From a virus, in IMG/VR virus record IMGVR_UViG_3300020469_005214, positions 77,670-141,669 of that record: a stretch of 64,000 nt of DNA. One strand, written 5' to 3'. The notes below the pieces were generated by a model that saw only the letters and a list, made by a program, of their open reading frames with translations, did not search any database and was not told the DNA's origin. The stretch's first letter is position 1. Each line of letters starts with the position of its first letter. Position numbers and translations under genes: made by a program. Of this stretch, positions 20,399-28,614 are shown piece after piece.

Positions 20399-20797
20399 AT
20401 GATTAAACAAATAGACAAACAAGTATTACGCTCCCTTCGATCAGAAATCAATACAGCATTGGAGCCATTAGCTGAGAAATATGGAATTAAATTTGATGCA
20501 GGTAACGCTACATTCTCAGAATTTAATGCCACAATCAAATTAGAAATCGCAACTTCTAAAGATGGAGATTTTGTTACCAAAGAGGGTCAAGATTTTCTTA
20601 ATTATGCAGAATTGCTTGGATTATCTAAAGATATGCTAAATAAAGAGTTTACTTATTTCGGAACTGCATACATTCTTAATGGATATTCGCCTCGCTCTTC
20701 TAAATTTCCTTTTATTGCTGAAAAGGTAGAAGATGGTCGCTCATACAAGTTACCTAAAAATGCCGTAACTGCGGAAAATTTTAAAGAAGTTGCTTAA
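20399..20797 (+). CDS. hypothetical phage early protein
   Basis: 132-aa ORF with promoter and CA-rich leader. Confidence 0.65.
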   Translation: MIKQIDKQVLRSLRSEINTALEPLAEKYGIKFDAGNATFSEFNATIKLEIATSKDGDFVTKEGQDFLNYAELLGLSKDMLNKEFTYFGTAYILNGYSPRSSKFPFIAEKVEDGRSYKLPKNAVTAENFKEVA

Positions 20798-22744
20798 TGG
20801 AAAATAAAATATACGACAAACCAATCGCGTTCGATGTAGATATGCCAGTAAAAGGAGTTAAAAGGTTTACTGTTTACGCAAGAAGCGATGAAGAAGCGGT
20901 TAAAAAAGTCGAGACACGCGCTTTTGAACCCTTTGATTCAGAGTGGTTTGAGGAACTTGATTGCGAAAAGCCTTATGTCATTGACGCTGATGAATCAAAT
21001 GTTCATCCTAGACCAATTCTTTCGAGTATTGTTACAAACATAGAAAATTAATCGATATTATGCCAGATTATAAAATAACTGTAACAGAAACAGTAACTTA
21101 TCAATCGATTGTTTCTATTCCAAAACAAGATAATGATACAGATGTCGAGCAATTAATAGTTGACAACTTTTATAACAATGGTCATTATGATAATTCTAAT
21201 ATCTTACACTCAGAAACTTCTGATATAGAAATCCAACAAATGAACAGATATGATAGTTAAACTAAATGATAAAGATTACGTTCGTCAAAAAATGGAGGAT
21301 ACATTAGACGAAGCTGATGGATTAGCGGAGCTAATTTGTGAAGGCGGAGCAGAAGGCGTATATACTCAAAAAGAATTGTTGACAATGCAGAGCGAAGCAG
21401 ATACATTGTTTTCTCTTGCTAACGCTTTAGAAATGCGTTTAAAAAAACTAAATAACCAATTATAAAAATGAGCGAAATATATAAAGGACATTATACTAAT
21501 CTAGCCCAACCTGCCGAAGAAGGCGTATATCGCGTAGGCGTAGTTACTACAGTAACTCGTTATATCGATATAAAAGCTCCTTCTCAAGAAGAAGCCAATG
21601 AAGAGGCAAAACGATATTATGATGAGGAAATCCACAGTCGTGATGATTGGAAATGGGATGTCGAGGAAGAAGAAGAGTTTGATCATGTCTTTGAAGCCGA
21701 TATTTAGTCTTGACTTTTATAATTTACCACTCATTATTCTAACCACTAAATAACACACACTATGAACATAACAAAAAGAGAATACGACTTAATCAGAGAC
21801 GAGCTTACTGGCGGTTGTTGGAGTGCGAGTTTCGAGGATGAGTACGGAGTTGAATTAAGTCGTTCAGTTGTGAATAAGACTGAGGACGAATTAACTCAAG
21901 AATTGGAAAGCGGATGGGTTCCGCAACCAATGACCGAACTTAAGCAGTGGGCGTTAGCAAGCTACCAGTATATATCCCAAGATGAATACAGATTACTACA
22001 GTAAATGTGACGAGATAATTGAGCAAGGTGTATGCACCGAAGACGAGTTATCCATTGCGGTACGCTTTGGAGGCGCATCTATGGAAACCCTAGAAAATCT
22101 AATCAAGTACAAGGCACAATTAAAAGCAGAATACAACACACTATGACACTAGAAGACACACACTTACAGGTAGACTTACCAAACGCACCTACTGACAAGC
22201 TATTGAACTACGACATAATTCTTAGAGTAAATGACGAAGGCGATGCTTATGAAGGATTTTCTCTCTATGATTATAAAAACCAAGAAGAAATTACTTGGGT
22301 ATCATTTAATAAATAAACACACTAACTATAGAGATATGCCCAAACCAACACAAACAACAGAACTAGATGATGCTCGTAGAGTATTAGGAATGCTTGATAC
22401 TGTAACTGATCCAGAAGAATATAAAAAAATCTTTGGGGTTAAAGATAAAGATGTCGAAAAAATGAGGCAACTTATTGCAGAAAGAGGTAAGCCCAAAAAG
22501 AAAGTATTTGAAATAAGCGAGGAAAATGATGATGAATAAAACAGAAGCATATATTAGAGCATCAAGATTCTACTTGTCTGAGGAACTTCCTCAAGACTTT
22601 GAGAGTTTGGATGAAGAAGAGGTAACAACATTCATCCATGAGAACATTTGGGAACCATTTGAGCTTTGGGATTCTTATGATATTCTTGAGCTTATTGATG
22701 ATTTGGCTTGTGAATTTCTTAGTGTTTCTTCTAATAAAAGTTAA
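20797..22744 (+). other. run of small acidic hypothetical ORFs (20797-21051, 21060-21260, 21250-21465, 21468-21707, 21762-22004, about 22143-22316, about 22335-22539, 22526-22744)
   Basis: Tightly packed co-oriented ORFs; several carry a DpnD/PcfM-like A-x-S-x-E-E-A motif. Confidence 0.6.
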
Positions 22745-23760
22745 ACTAAATAATAAGAGACACTTTAAATTAAATATCTAAAGATATATTAGTAATAAAA
22801 GGAAGAATTTAATTTTAAAACCTATTCTAAGTGACTTATAATCAGCTACAAATAATCCGTCAAATAAACCAATGGTATAACTAGCTTTTTAAGGTCTAAA
22901 GCCTTGTAGAGCTTTATATACAAATATAACCTTTTACCTCAGTAAAATAGCATAATAAGATAAAATAAATAAGTAGAATATATAAAGAAATAATATATAT
23001 AAATATACATAGAATAAATAAAAAAATAATAGAACTAGATAGGTATTTTTTGCTTGTAGGGGATTATCCAGTTTATATTTTTTAAATAAATGGATTTTTT
23101 TTGCAAAAACCCTATTTTTTTTTATAAATAATGCTTTTTTTCTATATTCTGCCTATAATTATAGTATTGACATGATCAAATAAATACTTACAATTTCAAA
23201 TAAAAGTTTTTTCATCCCAAATAAATGAATAAAAAAAAATAATAAAAAAAAATATTTTTAAATAAATAATATAAAAAAAGTTTTTATTTTCCCAAATAAG
23301 CGTTTTATTAATAAGGCTCTATAGTTCAAGGGATAGAACAAGACACTTCTAATGTTTAGATCTGAGTTCGAATCTCGGTGGAGCTACCAAAAAAAATAAA
23401 AGTTTTTTTTCGCGAAATAAATGTATAAATTTTTATAAAAAAAAATAAAAGTTTTTTCGGCCTAAATAAAGGCGCATATAAAAAAATAAAAAAAAAGTTT
23501 TTTTTGCCCAAATAAATGTCCATATAAAAAAATAAAATAAAAAAAAATATTCTTGACAATGTAGCAAAATAAAAAAAATAAAATAAAAAATTTTTTTCTT
23601 GACAAGATAAAAAAAATAAAATAAAATAAAGGTTTTATCTGCCCAAATAAAGGTGCAGGCGTATATAAGAAAAAGTATACTATATAAAGTATATAAAAAA
23701 GTATTATATATAGGCGGATAATTTAATTTGTTTTTTTTTATTTTTTTTTAAAAAAAGCTT
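22745..23760. repeat. AT-rich non-coding region with six iteron-like GTTTT-N8/9-AAATAA repeats and an IHF-like site; candidate origin
   Basis: Copies near 23205, 23280, 23402, 23451, 23497 and 23632; TAAGTGACTTATAATCAGCTAC at about 22828. Confidence 0.6.
23315..23389 (+). tRNA. tRNA-Arg(UCU)
   Basis: Acceptor GGCTCTA/TGGAGCT, anticodon loop CTTCTAA, TTCGAAT T-loop, CCA. Confidence 0.93.
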
Positions 23761-23793
23761 GACTCATGTGATCAAGTCTGCATTATTGTGGAC

Positions 23794-24510
23794 ATGATTA
23801 AACCAAAAAACATATATCCATTATCACTGGGTGCCGACGCCAAAACCGTAAAGGGTCAGCTATTAGGTTATGCTACGGGTATACTTTATCTGGCTCCCGT
23901 AAAAGAAGCAGGATTTGGCAACGTTTGCCCAAATGCTTCTGCAGGTTGCGCTTCTTCCTGCCTCTTCACAGCGGGACGGGCTAAAATGTCCAGTGTCCGT
24001 AAAGCCCGTATTGCTAAAACTCAACGCTTTTTTAAAGAAAAAGATGAATTTTTGGCTGATATTACGTCTGCTATTATAAAAATGTTTGATTATGTAAAGA
24101 AGATGGAGTACAGCTTTGCAGTCAGGCTAAACGGCACCAGTGATTTACCGTTTGAAAAATTCGGGATTTTTGACAAGTTCGAAGATATTACTTTTTATGA
24201 TTATACTAAGTCAAAAAGAAGAATGATGACTTATCTTAATGGAGACATGCCAAAAAATTATTCTCTTACTTTCTCACGCAGCGAGACAAACCATGATGAT
24301 TGCATGGAAGTTCTAGAGGCAGGCGGCAACGTGGCCGTAGTATTTGCAACTAAAAAGAATAAAGATTTGCCAGATGAGTGGAAGGGATATAAAATTGTAG
24401 ACGGCGATAAATCTGATTTAAGATTTTTAGATGATAAAAACGTTATTGTTGGCTTACGTGCAAAAGGCGACGGAATTAAAGATGAAAGTGGATTTGTAGT
24501 AAAAATATAA
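23794..24510 (+). CDS. GP88-like phage protein (Cys-cluster, radical-SAM-like)
   Basis: CPNASAGCASSCL, RLNGTSD, FYDYTK, DGDKSDLRFLD, GLRAKG. Confidence 0.75.
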   Translation: MIKPKNIYPLSLGADAKTVKGQLLGYATGILYLAPVKEAGFGNVCPNASAGCASSCLFTAGRAKMSSVRKARIAKTQRFFKEKDEFLADITSAIIKMFDYVKKMEYSFAVRLNGTSDLPFEKFGIFDKFEDITFYDYTKSKRRMMTYLNGDMPKNYSLTFSRSETNHDDCMEVLEAGGNVAVVFATKKNKDLPDEWKGYKIVDGDKSDLRFLDDKNVIVGLRAKGDGIKDESGFVVKI

Positions 24511-25373
24511 TGGAATATATATTAGAAATAAGTGCAGGCTATCTAGATCGAGAATCTGATCGGATGTTACAATATAACGGCCTATCCTTAAAGGAATGGA
24601 TCAAAGCATATTGTAAAAGAAATAAAATAGAATTATCTACTAATTATGGGGACCTGACATTAGGATTTAAATCAGAAAATCAATTAAATTGCTTTACACG
24701 GCGCGGAAATGGGATATTTCCTTATTTCGAGTTTTTATGACATTATTAATTATTGTATTTATTCTTTTATTACTTTTCCAGGATTAAGCTTGACAAACTC
24801 AAATATATGTAAATAATAAACTCATGAAATATAACCATATGTATGATATAGCCTTCACTATTGAATCAAATAATGAAGAAGAAGATGTTACCATAGATGA
24901 ATTAATTGAAGGTGTCGAAAAAAGGCTAGTTCAATTAAAGTCTGAACGGGATATCGAAGCCTACGGGTATTGTGATTCTTTTAAAATTTCGGGATTGAGA
25001 CCATCGACTCAAATTTAATCTTGACACAACCAGAATACCAAACATTATAGTAACCATGAATGCAGAAAAAATAACACAGTTCATCAAGGAAAAATGTCTC
25101 GAAATAGTCGGGGGAAAACCCAACGAGGATGGTATCCTTGTTTTAACTCCAGAGCAAAAAGAATCATACGATTCTGAAGAAAGTAAATGGGAACGCTTCC
25201 ATAAGTCATGTGAATATTGGAATTGGAACTTTGGTTACGCTGGAGTAGCTAAAGAAATCATTGACAATTATCATGAATGGGAACGAGATGAGTTATATGA
25301 ATTTATTAACTTTTATTTTGAAAATAAACATTATTCTGACGAAATAAACGATATTATTGAAGTTTTTGAATAA
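24510..25373 (+). other. three small hypothetical ORFs (24510-24740, 24824-25018, 25056-25373)
   Basis: Co-oriented; the last two sit behind leaderless-type promoters. Confidence 0.55.
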
Positions 25374-25441
25374 AAATAGTTGACAATTTCAAAAAAATAT
25401 TTATTATGTGTAAATAATAGTTCTCACACAAAAAAAAAATT

Positions 25442-25582
25442 ATGGAATACGTAACAACAGCAATCAATTGGGTAAAAGCCAATAAAAAGACAGCAATCAT
25501 AGGACTTGTGGTAACACTAGTCGTATTAAACCTATTAACTGGTGCCCTTGGATGTGGTGCTGAAGTAGTAGTAGCAGACTAA
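25442..25582 (+). CDS. small membrane protein (46 aa, not in ORF track)
   Basis: MEYVTTAINWVKANKKTAIIGLVVTLVVLNLLTGALGCGAEVVVAD; promoter upstream. Confidence 0.6.
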   Translation: MEYVTTAINWVKANKKTAIIGLVVTLVVLNLLTGALGCGAEVVVAD

Positions 25583-25583
25583 T

Positions 25584-25826
25584 ATGGAAACTGAAATAGT
25601 AGCAAATCCAAGTTTTTGGAAAATTTTGTTGACAAGCCCACTGACTTACATCATTTTGTTGATCATTGGTGTGACGATTTTTGAACTTAAAAAACCAAAA
25701 TCGGCTCCAAAGGCGGAAATAACCCCTAAGAAGACAGTCACAAAAAAGCCTACCAAAAAATCTACTAAGAAACCTACTAAAAAAACAGTTAAAAAAGCAG
25801 TTAAAAAATCGACCAAAAAGTCGTAA
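25584..25826 (+). CDS. membrane-anchored protein with histone H1-like Lys-rich tail
   Basis: TM segment followed by KKTVTKKPTKKSTKKPTKKTVKKAVKKSTKKS pentapeptide repeats. Confidence 0.7.
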   Translation: METEIVANPSFWKILLTSPLTYIILLIIGVTIFELKKPKSAPKAEITPKKTVTKKPTKKSTKKPTKKTVKKAVKKSTKKS

Positions 25827-25867
25827 TCGTTCTTTGCAATTTTGCAGATAATATAAAATACTATTCG

Positions 25868-26051
25868 CGGGGGATAACATTTTCGGATGCCTCGTGGGAA
25901 AGCTCAACTCAATCGAGATAGAAGCATACGCAATTATGTGATGAGGGTGTGTTAGGTTTTATATTGTAATAGCAGACTCTGACAAGCGACAGAGCGGCTC
26001 CCACCATAGAGTCTTAAATTCTCGAAAACTTGTCAGAGTCACCTGCTATTT
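25868..26051 (+). ncRNA. candidate structured ncRNA
   Basis: Promoter TTGCAA-N16-AATACT; multibranch domain followed by a long rod with ACTCTGACAAG/CTTGTCAGAGT and AATAGCAG/CTGCTATT; no ORF. Confidence 0.5.
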
Positions 26052-26332
26052 ATCTTGAATGGATGGATCATGTATAAGAAGATAATTTTATTGATTAAAT
26101 TATTTAGAAGATGCGAAGTTCGTTCTCGATAAATAGTTTTATTTTGTTTGTTTGGAATAGACATAAGAAAATGTAATTTAGTGTGTTCTAGGGTATCATA
26201 TGATATACATCCTAGGCGGTGAAATTTATTCTTGACAAATAACATCTTAAAGAGTAGCTTGTTTGGATTAATTAAAATCGATTAATATTAATCTTAGAGT
26301 CTTGACTTGAGGCGGTTAATAGATAATAACTC

Positions 26333-26502
26333 GGAAATAATGCCTTATTTTTCTGCGGAAGCTCAAAAAAAGGGCAAATAATAGGAGGTAATTACCTCGC
26401 CTGGGCTGACGAGCCTTGGAAATACAAAAAGAGAAGACGGCAGTCTGAGGGAGGCGATCAACCCCAAGAAACAAAGGAGGCATCCATTGATCACATTTTT
26501 TT
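26333..26502 (+). ncRNA. candidate rod-shaped ncRNA
   Basis: Promoter TTGACT-N16-TAATAA; closing stem ATGCCTT/GAGGCAT, inner TCGCCT/AGGCGA and GGGCTG/CAGTCT; ends at a T run. Confidence 0.5.
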
Positions 26503-26546
26503 AGAAAAGTCTTGACAACATTGATTAGGGGTATATGGTTGCGCCT

Positions 26547-26732
26547 ATGAAGATTACAATTACACAAAAACAACACTACGGCACCTATTACTTTTATCCT
26601 AACTGCGATAATTCGAGGTTGTTCACCAAACTAACTGGCAGGAAAACATTAACGATTGAAGACATCAAGGTTATTAAAAACTTAGGATATGAGGTCGAAG
26701 TCGGTCAAGAGAATGTGTTAAACTTTAATTAA
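26547..26732 (+). CDS. hypothetical phage protein
   Basis: YG..YFYP..F..LTGRKTLT...IKNLGY pattern; leaderless. Confidence 0.65.
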   Translation: MKITITQKQHYGTYYFYPNCDNSRLFTKLTGRKTLTIEDIKVIKNLGYEVEVGQENVLNFN

Positions 26733-26851
26733 TATTTTTGGTGTAGTCTAGGTTCCCGATAATCCTTTGTGGTGAGAAAATCGGATTTTTTTTTATTTTT
26801 TTTTAAAAAAGGCTTGACAAAAGATTTTTGGTGTGCATACTTATAAGCACC

Positions 26852-27253
26852 ATGACTAAACTATACGAAAAACTAACCAAAGAAGCTAAGAAGCTCAACG
26901 AATACAACGACTGCGCTGTAAAGGCCATAGCAATCGTTTGCAACATCAACTATAAAGAAGCTTGGAGCCTAGCCAGAAAATTTGGCAGACGTCCTCGTGG
27001 GAGAACAAACTCTCTCAATATCACCTACCCTGCAATCAAATCGAAAGGGTTCGATTGCACTCAGTTGGAGAATCATAAGATGAACAAGGCTAAGACTATC
27101 AGAAGTCTGAAGCCTTTGATTCCATCACGAGGAGTGTTCCTCATTTTTGTCAGAGGGCATATACTAGCCGTAAGAGGTGGAGAGATTCACGATTGGACAG
27201 AGGGCAGATGTCACCGAATCGAACTAATTGTAAGAGTGTCAAAAAAAGCTTGA
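26852..27253 (+). CDS. hypothetical protein, papain/C39-like Cys-His motif
   Basis: NDCAVKAIA ... GHILAV..G.IHDW. Confidence 0.55.
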   Translation: MTKLYEKLTKEAKKLNEYNDCAVKAIAIVCNINYKEAWSLARKFGRRPRGRTNSLNITYPAIKSKGFDCTQLENHKMNKAKTIRSLKPLIPSRGVFLIFVRGHILAVRGGEIHDWTEGRCHRIELIVRVSKKA

Positions 27254-27312
27254 CAAACATTAGAAAGTCCACACTATGAACTACCTATTATTAACTTAAC
27301 CAAAGGAAAACT

Positions 27313-27900
27313 ATGCCAAACTGGTGCACTACAGATATAACTATAAAAGGATCAAAGAAAGATATCAAATGGGTATACGATTTGATTCAAAAACACAATG
27401 ATCGCAAAGAAGACTCAGTGGGATTCTTTGAATCACTAATTCCATCTCCTAACTGGGACAAGACACCCAACGAAGATGGGGAGTTGCCTGTTCCTGATCC
27501 TGCTAGGGATGCAGATGGCAACATCACTTTTATGTTTAGCAAGTTTCCATCCACAGGCAGGAATGATGACAGGTGGTATGACTGGAACATCAACAACTGG
27601 GGAACTAAATGGGAAGTAAGCAACATAGAGGTAACTGACATAAGCGATGATCAACTAGTTTGCTATTGGGATACTGCTTGGAGTCCATCTATTCCTATCT
27701 TTAATAAACTAGTTGAGCGTGGCTTGGATGTCGATGCTGAATTCAAGGATGAAGGTTGGATGTTCGCAGGTAGGTATGTGAATGGAGAGGTCGAAGATTA
27801 TAAAATTGAAATCATTGAAGCCGATGAAAACGAGGAAGATGATGGATGGGATAGGGTCATTGTTTATTCAAAGGAATGTCCTGAAGGAGAACATTATTAA
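27313..27900 (+). CDS. DUF1281/YubB ferredoxin-like domain protein
   Basis: MPNWC, WYDWNINNWGTKW, DTAWSP, DEGWMFAG. Confidence 0.75.
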   Translation: MPNWCTTDITIKGSKKDIKWVYDLIQKHNDRKEDSVGFFESLIPSPNWDKTPNEDGELPVPDPARDADGNITFMFSKFPSTGRNDDRWYDWNINNWGTKWEVSNIEVTDISDDQLVCYWDTAWSPSIPIFNKLVERGLDVDAEFKDEGWMFAGRYVNGEVEDYKIEIIEADENEEDDGWDRVIVYSKECPEGEHY

Positions 27901-27969
27901 AAAAGGCTTGACATCTGTAAAAAGGATGTCAGGCTGAATCCAATCTTTTAATTATAACCATATACACAA

Positions 27970-28281
27970 ATGAACAAAAACCTAAAAACTAACTTCGACA
28001 AACTTAAATTCTCAGAGCTATTCAAGGTGTCTTCTACAGAGCCACATACAATGACTTTGGATGAACGCCAAGAACTGGGAGGTTGGCAAAAAATATTCGA
28101 GTTTCCCAACGGCTTTGGAGCTTCTGTAGTCGTGCACGAATTTTCTTATGGCTTAGAACTTGCTTTGCTTGACAAAAGCCATAATATAGTTCAACACCCA
28201 GAAATTACTAATGATGTCGAAGGCTATCTCAACACTGACAGTGCTTGTGATATACTTCAAAAAATTGCAAAATTAGCATGA
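27970..28281 (+). CDS. hypothetical phage protein
   Basis: FPNGFGASVV...SYGLELALL pattern. Confidence 0.6.
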   Translation: MNKNLKTNFDKLKFSELFKVSSTEPHTMTLDERQELGGWQKIFEFPNGFGASVVVHEFSYGLELALLDKSHNIVQHPEITNDVEGYLNTDSACDILQKIAKLA

Positions 28282-28362
28282 TCTTGTGTTCATACGTGTA
28301 GTCGTCGTCTCGCCTTGTGGTTAGGGCGAGGCGACATTTCGCGAAATATAAATTAATATTAT

Positions 28363-28432
28363 GGGGGTGTAAGGGTTTCGACTTAAACTATTTAGTTTGA
28401 ACACGGTGGTTCAACTCCACCCACCTCCACCA
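28363..28432 (+). ncRNA. minimal tmRNA (tRNA-like domain only)
   Basis: 5' GGGGGTGTAAGGGTTTCGAC; acceptor GGGGGTG/CACCTCC with G3:U70; no D stem; T arm GGTGG-TTCAACT-CCACC; ACCA end; P2 closed by a short hairpin. Confidence 0.8.
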
Positions 28433-28443
28433 TTTTATTCTTT

Positions 28444-28550
28444 CCTAGGACGCCCTTGAGATTGGGCCAAACGAAGAGCCGTAGCGTTAATACGGATCGC
28501 AATGGGGATTTGCGTGAGGTAGTGAGAAGAACTCTGCCATCTCTATTTTT
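28444..28550 (+). ncRNA. candidate multi-hairpin RNA downstream of the mini-tmRNA
   Basis: Consecutive stems GCCC/GGGC, CCGTA/TACGG, CGCAA/TTGCG, then a final stem and T run; GC-rich island in AT-rich context. Confidence 0.45.
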
Positions 28551-28614
28551 TATTTTATTTTTTTTTGAAAAAAAAGTATTGACTTAGCCAAACGACCATT
28601 CATAATGCAAAACC

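Noticed and set aside
25868-26007. GGGGG...CTCCCACCA as a second tmRNA
   Set aside because: No 7-bp acceptor with G3:U70 and no T arm; the CCA lies inside a hairpin loop.
26405-26445. CTGACGAG suggesting a hammerhead ribozyme
   Set aside because: Stem II does not close and is followed by GAAGAC rather than GAAA; stems I and III not found.
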